Assembly: GCF_000017845.1 (NCBI RefSeq)
Contig: NC_010546.1
Span: forward strand, 4,650,001 to 4,682,000
Origin: Crocosphaera subtropica ATCC 51142
GTDB taxonomy: Bacteria > Cyanobacteriota > Cyanobacteriia > Cyanobacteriales > Microcystaceae
Reading direction: 5' to 3'
Length of the DNA stretch: 32,000 bases
This document shows, piece after piece, positions 15,474-25,820 of this stretch (its first letter is position 1; every line of letters begins with the position of its first letter). Under the pieces are notes generated by a model. It had not been told where the DNA came from and did not search any database. It worked only from the letters and a program-made list of their open reading frames with translations. A program made the translations under genes and the position numbers.

Positions 15474-16607
15474 ATGGCTAAATCTCATATCAAAAATTCC
15501 TTTATTAATATAATTATCGCCATATTCGTTGTTTTCGCTATTACTTTATACTTCTATTTTTTAAAATTTGATGGTAATATTACAGGGTTTTTTCGCATTG
15601 GCTCAATTTTACCCATTTCTCCTTTTTTAAATGCTGAAAACACTTTAATTTATCAAGGAGAAATTGGTTATGATGGTCAACAATTTTTAAGTTTAGCCCT
15701 TGACCCTTTTTTACAAAATCCTGAAACGATTAATAGTTTAGATCATCCAGTTTATCGTTATCGTCGTATTTTGTATCCTTTAGTTAGTTATGCTTTAGCT
15801 TTGGGAAATAGAAGTTTAATTCCTTATATGATGGTGATAATTAACGCTATTTCTATTGTCCTTATTGTTGGTCTTACAAATTTATATTTCAAATCCGATC
15901 ACGTATCAAAATTTCAATCTCTTTTTACCCTATGTATTCCTGGGGTTTGGATGGTTTTATCGTTAGGAACGGCTGATTTATTTAGTAGTGTCTTTTTAAT
16001 TGCTTCTTTTTATTGTTATCGTTACGAAAAATATAAGTTAACAGCCTTATTTATTAGTCTAGGTTGCTTAACCAGAGAAACCTTATTAATTGTTTGGTTT
16101 GCTTTATTTTTGACCAGCTTATTACAACGAAAATTTAAACAAATTCAATATTTGTTATGGGCATTAATTCCTCCTATTTTCTGGACAGTTTATATAAGTT
16201 TTTTAAATTTACCTGGAAAAGTAAGGGTCAAAGATAATTTTGGTTTTCCTTTTATGGGAATTATCAATAAATTGACTAATATCCTAACAGGAGGTTTTAG
16301 CGGAAGAAACTTGTTTGAAGCTTATATGTTTTTCATTTTACTGCTAAGTTTCGCTACAATTTTTATTATTTATTTTAAACATCGTCAACCTAATTTCTTA
16401 ATGCAGATAGGTAATAGCTTCTATGGTTTAATGTTTGTGTTCAGTAGTATTACAATTTTAGGATACTACTTAGATTATTCAAGAGTTTTTATGGATGTTT
16501 ATTTTTTATTGTTGTTAAGTATTAATTTAACCAGAATTCCCTATAAAACTATCTTATTCTCAGCATCAGGGATAGGAAGCTTAGCTTTCTTGATTTTACA
16601 TTCTTGA
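15474..16607 (+). CDS. Polytopic integral membrane protein of unknown function
   Basis: The 377-aa protein has about 9-10 hydrophobic segments and is very AT-rich and F/Y/L/I-rich. No catalytic motif is recognised. It could be a GT-C-like or glycopolymer-related membrane protein. Confidence 0.65.
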   Translation: MAKSHIKNSFINIIIAIFVVFAITLYFYFLKFDGNITGFFRIGSILPISPFLNAENTLIYQGEIGYDGQQFLSLALDPFLQNPETINSLDHPVYRYRRILYPLVSYALALGNRSLIPYMMVIINAISIVLIVGLTNLYFKSDHVSKFQSLFTLCIPGVWMVLSLGTADLFSSVFLIASFYCYRYEKYKLTALFISLGCLTRETLLIVWFALFLTSLLQRKFKQIQYLLWALIPPIFWTVYISFLNLPGKVRVKDNFGFPFMGIINKLTNILTGGFSGRNLFEAYMFFILLLSFATIFIIYFKHRQPNFLMQIGNSFYGLMFVFSSITILGYYLDYSRVFMDVYFLLLLSINLTRIPYKTILFSASGIGSLAFLILHS

Positions 16608-16634
16608 ATAGTAAGTAGGTGATTATCAATAAGC

Positions 16635-16702
16635 GTAAGGTAGGCAATGTCTAAAATAGTTTCTGTCTTAGATTTATATTTTATTGGCATTGCCCACCCT
16701 AC
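16635..16702. repeat. Imperfect inverted repeat (GTAAGGTAGGCAATG ... CATTGCCCACCCTAC) around a 38-bp AT-rich spacer
   Basis: Direct reading. The arms belong to the same family as the compact palindrome at 25385-25408. Confidence 0.7.
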
Positions 16703-16790
16703 AAGTTTAATCTATTTAATGATGCTTTCTTACTTTTGTCATCATCTGTGGTAAGATGCAAAAGCAAAAAACAAATGTTTATCATAAATT

Positions 16791-17513
16791 ATGTCTTGGC
16801 AACGTCCTGATGGCCGTCAACCGAATCAACTTCGTCCTGTTAATTTTGAACTCAATTTTACCCGTTTCTCTGCTGGATCTGTTTTAGCCCAATGTGGGGA
16901 AACTAAAGTGCTTTGTACTGCGAGTATTGAAGAATATGTTCCCCGTTTTCTACTAGGAAGTGGTCAAGGATGGTTAACAGCAGAATACAGGATGTTACCC
17001 AGTGCAACCCAAGAACGTCAACGAAGAGAACTATTAAAACTATCAGGAAGAACGCAAGAAATACAGCGACTAATTGGTAGAAGTTTACGCTCTTGTATCG
17101 ATTTACAACAGTTAGGAGAAAGAAGCATTACCATTGATTGTGATGTTCTGCAAGCTGATGCCGGAACTCGGACTACTTCTATTACAGGGGGATATGTCGC
17201 CTTGGCTTTGGCATTGAATAAATTGATAAAAAAAGGTGAATTAATCCAGTCTCCTTTACGATTTCCTGTAGCAGCTATCTCGGTGGGACTTATTGAAGGA
17301 GAGGCATTTTTAGACTTAAATTATCCTGAAGATTCTAAAGCAGATATTGATTTTAATGTAGTGATGACAGGAAATTTAGACTTAATTGAAGTCCAAGGAA
17401 CAGCCGAAGAAAATAGCTTTACTCGTTCTCAACTGAATGACATTTTAGATTTAGCAGAACTTGGCATCAAAGAGTTAGTATCTTTACAAAATCAAGCATT
17501 AAGTCAAGCATAG
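16791..17513 (+). CDS. rph: Ribonuclease PH
   Basis: [44 protein letters not shown] and [13 protein letters not shown] are typical RNase PH sequences. The length (240 aa) also fits. Confidence 0.93.
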   Translation: MSWQRPDGRQPNQLRPVNFELNFTRFSAGSVLAQCGETKVLCTASIEEYVPRFLLGSGQGWLTAEYRMLPSATQERQRRELLKLSGRTQEIQRLIGRSLRSCIDLQQLGERSITIDCDVLQADAGTRTTSITGGYVALALALNKLIKKGELIQSPLRFPVAAISVGLIEGEAFLDLNYPEDSKADIDFNVVMTGNLDLIEVQGTAEENSFTRSQLNDILDLAELGIKELVSLQNQALSQA

Positions 17514-17559
17514 TTTCACTTCTCATTAAAAATCGTTAGGATATATTAATGTAAGTATC

Positions 17560-18078
17560 ATGGAAAAACAACTTTTAAACTTAATGATACTGCTGACTTC
17601 CTTATTGGCATTCAATCAGCCTTTAATGAGTCAAAGTAACTTTAAAGAGGCTATTTTAAAAACTCATAATAAATATCGACAAGAAGTTAATCTTTCTCCC
17701 TTAACTTGGTCAAATACCTTAGCAGAAGATGCTCAAAAATGGGCTGATCATTTAGCTAGTTTAGGGGGTGATCAATTAAAACATGATCCTAACCCCAATG
17801 GACAAGGAGAAAATATCTGGTTCGGTACATCAAATCAATTTACTTACGCAGAAATGGTGGATGGTTGGGGACAAGAAAAACAATATTTTGTCCCTGGAAG
17901 ATTTAACCTTGAAACGGTTAGTTCTACTGGGAATTGGTCTGATGTAGGACATTATACACAAATTGTTTGGAAGAATACGAAAAAAGTTGGTTGCGCCACC
18001 TCAACCGCCGGAGGAAATGATATTTTAGTGTGTCGTTATCATCCCCAAGGTAATATTATTGGTCAACCTGTTTATTAA
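17560..18078 (+). CDS. Secreted CAP/SCP/PR-1-like domain protein
   Basis: It has an N-terminal signal peptide, HNKYR, GENI, GHYTQIVWKNTKKVGCA and VCRYHPQGN. Confidence 0.85.
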   Translation: MEKQLLNLMILLTSLLAFNQPLMSQSNFKEAILKTHNKYRQEVNLSPLTWSNTLAEDAQKWADHLASLGGDQLKHDPNPNGQGENIWFGTSNQFTYAEMVDGWGQEKQYFVPGRFNLETVSSTGNWSDVGHYTQIVWKNTKKVGCATSTAGGNDILVCRYHPQGNIIGQPVY

Positions 18079-18081
18079 TGA

Positions 18082-19056
18082 TTAAATTTTGGGAGATTGT
18101 AGCATGGTTGCTTGTAAAATCAACCAAGGAATTTTAATATCTGGAATGAAAGAAGCATACTGTTTTAAAGCAGGAACAGCAGAGGGTAAAATAAAGCGAA
18201 GGGAACGTAAAGAAACGGGACGGTTATGCTTTTCATCCACAATATTATATTGTTGTGCTAATTCAGCAATAATATGAACTTTTCCTGTTAGTTTCATGGT
18301 GTTTTCTTGGGCAGCTAATGCAGCAATCACTCTCCCTGTAAATAAGGGAGTTTCCCAGTTGTAATAATCGTCAAATCTAGCATTTTTTCCTTGAATATTC
18401 ATCTGTTGGGAAAACTCAAACATAAGTTCGGTTCCCACAATTCCTGGCCATACAGAAAGAGAAGTAATATTATCAGCTTTTAACTCCACAGCCATGTCTG
18501 CAGCCAAGCGATCGCAAGCTGCTTTTCCCACTCCATAAGCTGCCCCAAAAATATAGGATAAACTACCCCAAGAAGAAATGGTACAAATGAGTCCTTGTTG
18601 ACGTTGACTCATCAAACGGGCTGCAAAAATACTGGCAACATAGTGGCTACGAAGCCCAACATTATTAATTGCATCCCACAAACTAGGGTCATGTTTCCAG
18701 AAGGGTTCACTATAAGCATTACTAATAGCTTTAACGCCTGAAAAAACGTTATTAACTAAAATATCTAATTGTCCATTTTGTTCGGTTTTAATGCGTTCAA
18801 ATAATAATCTAACTTGTTCATCGTCACTATGATCAACTTGAACCAGAATACAGTTTCCTCCTGCTTCATTTACGGCTTTTTGAGTGTCTAATAAGGTTCC
18901 CGAAACGTCATCATTCTCATCGCTGCCTAAGGTTCGTCCGGTAATATAAACCGTAGCCCCTGCTTCTCCTAAACCGATGGCAATGCCTTTACCAATGCCT
19001 CTGGTTGCCCCTGTCACTAAGGCAACTTTTCCTTTTAAATCTGTCATTTTGATCAT
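18082..19056 (-). CDS. Short-chain dehydrogenase/reductase (SDR) family oxidoreductase
   Basis: The cofactor motif is TGATRGIGKGIA. NNV is present, and the catalytic YxxxK is YGVGKAA. Confidence 0.9.
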   Translation of the reverse strand: MIKMTDLKGKVALVTGATRGIGKGIAIGLGEAGATVYITGRTLGSDENDDVSGTLLDTQKAVNEAGGNCILVQVDHSDDEQVRLLFERIKTEQNGQLDILVNNVFSGVKAISNAYSEPFWKHDPSLWDAINNVGLRSHYVASIFAARLMSQRQQGLICTISSWGSLSYIFGAAYGVGKAACDRLAADMAVELKADNITSLSVWPGIVGTELMFEFSQQMNIQGKNARFDDYYNWETPLFTGRVIAALAAQENTMKLTGKVHIIAELAQQYNIVDEKHNRPVSLRSLRFILPSAVPALKQYASFIPDIKIPWLILQATMLQSPKI

Positions 19057-19146
19057 CCTTATCTTTTGTATTGATAAATATTATCTATTTTAAAACTTTC
19101 ATAAAGAAAACGATAAAATAAAAGTAGAGTATTCGAGGGATTAACC

Positions 19147-19530
19147 ATGATTCTACTCTACTTATTAGCTTGGTTTCCCATGATAGTTATTGCTATTCTT
19201 AATGCGACTGTTAGGGAAAAAATCTATGGCAAGTTTGTCACGGAATTACAGGCCCATCAACTTTCTACATTAACCGCAGTCCTTTTATTTGCTGCTTATA
19301 TTTGGGGGTTAACGTCTTTATTTCCGTTAAAATCTTCTTCTCAAGCCATTGTGATAGGATGTTTATGGTTAGTGTTAACGGTGATGTTTGAGTTTTCTTT
19401 TGGTCATTATGTTGCCCAACAGTCTTGGGCCAAACTTTTACAAGATTATAATTTATTAGCAGGACGAGTGTGGATTTTTGTCCCTCTTTGTATTGCTATT
19501 TTTCCTTGGTTATTCTATCAACTCCATTAA
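19147..19530 (+). CDS. Small membrane protein (4 predicted TM segments), unknown function
   Basis: The 127-aa protein has a hydrophobic pattern and lies divergent from the SDR gene. Confidence 0.55.
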   Translation: MILLYLLAWFPMIVIAILNATVREKIYGKFVTELQAHQLSTLTAVLLFAAYIWGLTSLFPLKSSSQAIVIGCLWLVLTVMFEFSFGHYVAQQSWAKLLQDYNLLAGRVWIFVPLCIAIFPWLFYQLH

Positions 19531-19548
19531 GGTTTTATCTAATAATTG

Positions 19549-19574
19549 TAGGGGTCAACTACTGTTAACCCCTA
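19549..19574. terminator. Hairpin between convergent genes (possible bidirectional terminator)
   Basis: In TAGGGGTCAACTACTGTTAACCCCTA, AGGGGT pairs with ACCCCT and AAC with GTT, with one mismatch. It lies between the 19147-19530 (+) gene and infC (-). Confidence 0.45.
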
Positions 19575-19596
19575 GGATGAATTATGCTATTTTCAA

Positions 19597-20148
19597 TTAA
19601 CTTGGTTCGAGGATGATAGACAGTTGATGACCATTATAGTTGCTATTTCCGTCTTGACTAGCAACATCAGATAGTCTATCTACAATGTGGTCTAATTTTT
19701 CACGGCCAAGCTTCATAAATGCTCGCTCACGACCCCTAAACCTCATAGAAAACTTCACTTTTGAACCGTTGTTCAGAAATTTTCTTGCTTGTCTAAGTTT
19801 CGTATTTAAGTCCCCTGTATCGGTGCAGTATCTCAGTTTAACTTCTTTTAGGGTGTTTTCTGTACGGTTTTTCTTGGCTAAGGATTCTTTTTTCTGCAAT
19901 TCGTACTTAAACTTGCCGTAATCAATGATTTTGCATACCGGTGGTGAAGCGTTGGGGGCAACTTCTACTAAGTCTAAACCTGCTTCTTGTGCTATATCTA
20001 TAGCTTCTGCTACAGGTTTGATGCCAACTTGTTCCCCATTATCGGTAACAACTCTAACTTCTTCTGCTCGAATTCGATTATTAACTCGATGTTTATCAGG
20101 TTGATTAAAAGGTTTAAAGGGTTTATTTCTTCTTCTGGGTCGTCCCAA
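19597..20148 (-). CDS. infC: Translation initiation factor IF-3
   Basis: NNRIRAEEVRVV..GEQ.GI, LDLVEV, PPVCKIIDYGKFKYE and KEVKLR...D...K are present. A TTG start (20146-20148) has AGGAGG upstream. No in-frame ATG occurs before residue ~125. Confidence 0.92.
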   Translation of the reverse strand: MGRPRRRNKPFKPFNQPDKHRVNNRIRAEEVRVVTDNGEQVGIKPVAEAIDIAQEAGLDLVEVAPNASPPVCKIIDYGKFKYELQKKESLAKKNRTENTLKEVKLRYCTDTGDLNTKLRQARKFLNNGSKVKFSMRFRGRERAFMKLGREKLDHIVDRLSDVASQDGNSNYNGHQLSIILEPS

Positions 20149-20363
20149 ACTACTTGATTCCTCCTAAATTTAACAACAATTTTTAGGTTTGATTAAGTGT
20201 ATCATATCATGTACTACAAATTATTGCAAGTCTGTTTTAACTCAATAGTGGTTCGATATAATTAAATTAAGTTACAAACTAAGAGAGAAGAAAAAACAAT
20301 AATTGTCCTTTTTGTTCGTTATTTTTTACAAATTTGTCGATTTATGCGTGATTATTGAGAGTT

Positions 20364-20879
20364 ATGAAATATGTGTCTTTTATTATTTTCTTATTATCTA
20401 CTCCGTTATTATTAATGGGTTGTACAGAAACCACTAATAATTTGTACCGCTTGGAATTAGAGAGAGAATGTGTCGGTTGCAACTTAGAAGGGGTTAATTT
20501 ACCTAGGGAAAATTTTGGTCTAAAATACCGTATTCCTCGCAGTAGTTCCCCGTTGTCTGTTACACCTTTTGGCATGGATAAAGCGAAACCCGTTGATCTG
20601 ACTAGGGCTAATTTATCCAATGCTAATTTATATCAATCTGATTTATCCAGTATTATTTTAGAAAATGCTATTTTAGTAGAGACAAATCTCAGTGAAACGG
20701 ATTTAGAAAACGCCATTTTAATCGGTGCAAATTTACAAGGAGCAAATTTAGAAAATGCCAATCTTCAAGGAGCGAATTTAGAAAATGCTAACCTTCGAGG
20801 TGCTATTTTAACTGGTGTCAATCTAGAAGAAACTCACTTAAAAGGCATTGAAACTGATAAAAATACTGTTTGGGATTGA
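20364..20879 (+). CDS. Pentapeptide-repeat lipoprotein
   Basis: It has a signal peptide with lipobox LLMGC, then A(N/D)LxxANLxx-type pentapeptide repeats (ANLQGANLENANLQGANLENANLRGAIL). ATG 20364 is preferred over the track's TTG at 20355. Confidence 0.85.
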   Translation: MKYVSFIIFLLSTPLLLMGCTETTNNLYRLELERECVGCNLEGVNLPRENFGLKYRIPRSSSPLSVTPFGMDKAKPVDLTRANLSNANLYQSDLSSIILENAILVETNLSETDLENAILIGANLQGANLENANLQGANLENANLRGAILTGVNLEETHLKGIETDKNTVWD

Positions 20880-21515
20880 TTAGCCAGTTTGTTGTTGAAT
20901 CCACTGACGAAATTTTTTTAAGGTTGCTGTTTCTCCTTCTTGTAAACTTTGTTGAATAAAAGGTAAAAGATCAGCTAACTTTAACCAAGGAAACGTTAAA
21001 CTATAGTCAGATTCAACATAATTTTGATTATTTAAGATAAAAGCAATTAATTGATGACCATCATATCGCCAAATTTCAGGCACTCCTAAAGCAGCATAAA
21101 TAGGTAACTTATTGAGAGAACTATTACTCATATCAATTTCTAACACTAAATCAGGGGGTGGATCAATATCTAGTCTAATATCTTGTTTATGTCTAACTAA
21201 AGGTTCATTGTTTAGGTAATAACAGGAATCAGGTTCAACTCCTTTTTTAACTATTTCTTTTTTTAAAGTTAATGACCCCATTGTTTTAATATTCAAATCA
21301 AGTTCTAGAGCAATTACTAAAATTAAATTATCAAGAAAACGATTACTATATTCATGTTGTCCAAACGGAGTCATAATTTCAACAATTCCTTGATCATAAG
21401 CTAAATGAATTACTCTTTTATCTCCTAACTCTTTGAGAAGTTGATTAAAAGTTTCCCAAGTGATATTATTTAAAACAACTCGATTTTCGGTCACACTTTG
21501 CTGAATTATTTTCAT
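20880..21515 (-). CDS. Uma2 family (DUF820) putative endonuclease
   Basis: It shows the typical cyanobacterial Uma2 pattern: TWETF..L, EIMTP...H, EPDSCYY, PPDLVLEID.S.S, K...YA.LGVPEIWRYDG. Confidence 0.8.
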   Translation of the reverse strand: MKIIQQSVTENRVVLNNITWETFNQLLKELGDKRVIHLAYDQGIVEIMTPFGQHEYSNRFLDNLILVIALELDLNIKTMGSLTLKKEIVKKGVEPDSCYYLNNEPLVRHKQDIRLDIDPPPDLVLEIDMSNSSLNKLPIYAALGVPEIWRYDGHQLIAFILNNQNYVESDYSLTFPWLKLADLLPFIQQSLQEGETATLKKFRQWIQQQTG

Positions 21516-21712
21516 GATTTATATCCCAATTTATACTTTAAATATAACTAATTATTTAGTGGAGAATTTTAAATTTTTCTCTTGTATTTATGATATTTAT
21601 ATTTTTATTATTTTAACATTAATTGATATTAAAATATACTACAAATAGTTATAAGTTTTCACTAATTTACAAAATAGGTTTAATCAAATTGAAGCTAGGG
21701 AGATTTGTTTCA

Positions 21713-22015
21713 ATGTGTTTACTAAATATCAATCTAATTCGGATGTCTTATTGTCTTGGATGGGGTGTTGCTTTTAGTTTATTTTTGTTAACAACTGGTT
21801 GCAGTTCCTTACGAACAAGATTATCACGAACGGCCTCTGATTGGCGAAATCGAACTGCCGAAATTTCCTGTTATTCTGGAGGTAAACTCATCTATTCCGG
21901 TAAAACCGATGGAAAAGTATTCTCTGAATCTAATTCTGATGGTTATACTTTCATTTCCGCAGAGGATAAAAAACTAAAAGAAGTATCTGGGGACTGTGTA
22001 ATTAAGTATGACTGA
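21713..22015 (+). CDS. Small putative lipoprotein, unknown function
   Basis: ATG 21713 is preceded by AGGGAG. The signal sequence ends in LLTTGC. The track's TTG start at 21623 is probably an over-extension. Confidence 0.5.
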   Translation: MCLLNINLIRMSYCLGWGVAFSLFLLTTGCSSLRTRLSRTASDWRNRTAEISCYSGGKLIYSGKTDGKVFSESNSDGYTFISAEDKKLKEVSGDCVIKYD

Positions 22016-22502
22016 ATCTTGTCCTCATCAATTGTAACTATTCTTTATAAAATTCTTTTTGACACCCTTTTCAGTCCCCTCAATAACGGCAAAATGCCCT
22101 TTTTTGTTACATTACTTAATTTTTAACGGTTTTGTACTAGAGCTATATCCCAATAGTAAATCCACCTAAGCCTTATCTAATAATGGGTTTAGATATTTTG
22201 AGTTTAAAATGAGCGATCGCTTACAAACCGAAATTTTTATATTGTTCCTAATCATCTAAATGCGGAACACAAAAAATAATAAAGTTACTTTTTAGAGCTT
22301 CAAAAATTTTCTGATTTGTTTTAAAGCAATTTTTCTCTTATATTCAAAATTTTACTTTAAATTGCTACCTATTTTATCTTTGACACCCCTTGGAATTCTT
22401 GGCTACTTGTTTCATAATGCGAGTAATGAGATTGACAACCTTGCTGTCGTCACAACGCAGTAATAACAAGCTTTATATTTGATCACAAAGGAGACTAAAC
22501 CC

Positions 22503-23372
22503 TTGACTTTAACACTCGCAGTTTACGGAAAAGGTGGTATCGGAAAATCAACCACCAGTTGCAACATCTCCACCGCATTAGCAAAACGGGGTAAAAAGGT
22601 ACTACAGATTGGTTGTGATCCCAAACATGATAGTACATTTACACTAACTGGGTTTCTTATTCCTACCATCATCGACACCCTACAAGAAAAAGACTTTCAC
22701 TATGAAGATATTTGGCCTGAAGACGTTATCTACAAAGGATACGCAGGGGTTGACTGTGTAGAAGCAGGGGGACCTCCTGCCGGTGCCGGTTGTGGTGGTT
22801 ATGTCGTCGGAGAAACCGTTAAACTTCTCAAAGAACTCAATGCGTTTGATGAGTACGATGTCATCCTATTTGACGTATTAGGGGACGTTGTCTGTGGTGG
22901 GTTTGCTGCACCCCTAAACTATGCTGACTACTGTTTAATTGTCACGGATAACGGGTTTGATGCGTTGTTTGCTGCCAACCGTATCGCTGCTTCAGTCAGA
23001 GAGAAAGCAAGAACCCATCCGTTACGGTTAGCCGGGTTAATTGGTAATCGGACTTCTAAGCGTGATTTAATTGATAAATATGTAGAAGCGGTTCCCATGC
23101 CGGTGTTAGAAATTTTACCGTTAATTGAAGATATTCGGGTATCACGAGTTAAGGGTAAAACCTTGTTTGAAATGACAGAAAGTGACCCCTCTCTTGACTA
23201 TGTTTGCAATTATTATTTAAACATTGCTGACCAATTATTAGCGATGCCGGAGGGTGTTATTCCTAATGATGCTCAAGATAGAGAATTATTCACTTTATTA
23301 TCTGATTTCTATCTTAATCCTCAAGCACCTAAACAAACAGAAGAAGATGAATTAGACCTTATGATGGTGTAA
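22503..23372 (+). CDS. chlL: Light-independent protochlorophyllide reductase, iron-sulfur ATP-binding subunit
   Basis: [35 protein letters not shown] and [13 protein letters not shown]...[12 protein letters not shown] are near-identical to ChlL as I recall it. The likely start is TTG 22503, preceded by AAGGAG at 22488-22493. The track ORF begins at an upstream TTG (22479). Confidence 0.95.
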   Translation: MTLTLAVYGKGGIGKSTTSCNISTALAKRGKKVLQIGCDPKHDSTFTLTGFLIPTIIDTLQEKDFHYEDIWPEDVIYKGYAGVDCVEAGGPPAGAGCGGYVVGETVKLLKELNAFDEYDVILFDVLGDVVCGGFAAPLNYADYCLIVTDNGFDALFAANRIAASVREKARTHPLRLAGLIGNRTSKRDLIDKYVEAVPMPVLEILPLIEDIRVSRVKGKTLFEMTESDPSLDYVCNYYLNIADQLLAMPEGVIPNDAQDRELFTLLSDFYLNPQAPKQTEEDELDLMMV

Positions 23373-23374
23373 AA

Positions 23375-23500
23375 AGTCATTGCGAGGGATAATATAAATA
23401 GTAAGCTTTGAGTTTTATTTAAAATATCCCGAAGCAATCTCTCTATCTCTTTCTGAGAACTTAAGTCGTCATTCCGAGGAAACGAGGAATCTTATTAACC
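23375..23500. repeat. Short dispersed-repeat-like sequence (GTCATTGCGAGG... / ...CGAAGCAATC type)
   Basis: Imperfect inverted pairs are CATTGCGAGGGA...TCCCGAAGCAATC and GTCATTCCGAGGAAACGAGGAATC. It resembles the small palindromic repeats common in cyanobacterial intergenic regions. Only one locus is visible in this window. Confidence 0.3.
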
Positions 23501-23593
23501 TTAAACACCATATTATATAGTGTTTTGATGATAAGAATTTTATCTAACAAGGGAATACTAAATATAGTAACTTTTGTGATTAGGATAAAATTC

Positions 23594-23977
23594 ATGATGA
23601 CGTTTGAACAAATTAAAGTAAGTTTACCTGATAAATGGTTAGATTATTATCAAATTAACCGTTGTTGGATTAAACCTTTAATGGACTCTAGAAATTTGTG
23701 GAAACCAATTCCTAATAATGGTGGTAAAAGACCTTGTGCTGACATCATTTTAGGAGCTATTACGGCCTTAGAACCAGAGTTGGCGTATTGGATACCACCG
23801 TTTTGTGAAATTGAACCGAATCAAGACAAATTTGTAAAGGTTTTAGGATTAGATTTTGATCCAGAAACTGAACTCAATAACCGTGAAGAAGAAAGAGCCA
23901 AAAATCCACAATTTAACTCATCAGACACTGACGAAATTGAACGAATTAGACAACAATTAAGCAAAGGAGAACTCTAA
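23594..23977 (+). CDS. Small conserved-looking hypothetical protein between chlL and chlN
   Basis: The protein (127 aa from ATG 23594, with AGGA upstream) is W/C/P-rich with an acidic tail. Its stop at 23975-23977 lies 3 nt before the chlN ATG at 23981. Confidence 0.6.
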   Translation: MMTFEQIKVSLPDKWLDYYQINRCWIKPLMDSRNLWKPIPNNGGKRPCADIILGAITALEPELAYWIPPFCEIEPNQDKFVKVLGLDFDPETELNNREEERAKNPQFNSSDTDEIERIRQQLSKGEL

Positions 23978-25381
<1,404 letters not shown>

Positions 25382-25384
25382 ATA

Positions 25385-25408
25385 GTAGGGTGGGCAATGC
25401 CCACCTAT
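25385..25408. repeat. Compact GC-rich palindrome GTAGGGTGGGCAATGCCCACCTAT (possible terminator)
   Basis: A 7-bp stem GGTGGGC/GCCCACC has loop AAT and lies 4 nt after the chlN stop. It has the same arm sequence as 16635-16702. No T-tract follows. Confidence 0.5.
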
Positions 25409-25516
25409 CAAACCGAAACAATAAAGATGATAAGATAAAAATAACGATAAAGATAAAGATAAGGATGGTATAATATAGTTAAGGATAAAAATAGGAATAA
25501 AGAGCGATTAAAATTG

Positions 25517-25810
25517 ATGTCGACATCTACTCTCGGCAAAAAGTTAAATACAATTAACCCAAGTAATGAGAAAATTTCTGATGTTTTAGAGGATAACTAT
25601 ATCACTACTATGGTGGAGTATGTTAAATCTCTTTACGAGTCTGGAAATATTAGTGATACCACTTGTAATTATCTAATTCGTCAGCTTTATTCCCAAAAAA
25701 TAGAGCAAATGATTGAAAAAAAAGTTCAACAAAAACTTGAAAAAATTACTTTAAAGCTTAATCAAAAAGCTTTGTCATGGGCTATTATAGAACTATTGGA
25801 AGGAAAGTAA
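25517..25810 (+). CDS. Hypothetical protein (97 aa)
   Basis: This ATG-initiated ORF lies in an AT-rich islet and is helical and K/E/Q-rich. No family is recognised. A GATAAA-rich purine tract lies upstream (about 25420-25500). Confidence 0.4.
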   Translation: MSTSTLGKKLNTINPSNEKISDVLEDNYITTMVEYVKSLYESGNISDTTCNYLIRQLYSQKIEQMIEKKVQQKLEKITLKLNQKALSWAIIELLEGK

Positions 25811-25820
25811 TCTTTAGAAT

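Noticed and set aside
18089-18277. 62-aa + strand ORF at the 3' end of the SDR gene
   Set aside because: It is an antisense shadow of a well-supported SDR.
19685-19921. 78-aa + strand ORF inside infC
   Set aside because: It is antisense to IF-3, and its F/S/L-rich translation is non-protein-like.
20342-20620. 92-aa minus-strand ORF over the 5' part of the pentapeptide-repeat gene
   Set aside because: The + strand ORF has a lipoprotein signal and canonical pentapeptide repeats, and the antisense frame has nothing comparable.
20745-20810. Tandem ~30-bp DNA repeats (CAAGGAGCAAATTTAGAAAATGCCAATCTT-like) as an independent repeat element
   Set aside because: They are simply the nucleotide image of consecutive ANLQGANLEN pentapeptide units within the coding sequence.
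22417-22482. 21-codon uORF ([21 protein letters not shown]) just upstream of chlL as a leader peptide
   Set aside because: It has no RBS and no recognisable regulatory codon run, and I cannot assess its conservation. It is mentioned only as context in the chlL leader finding.
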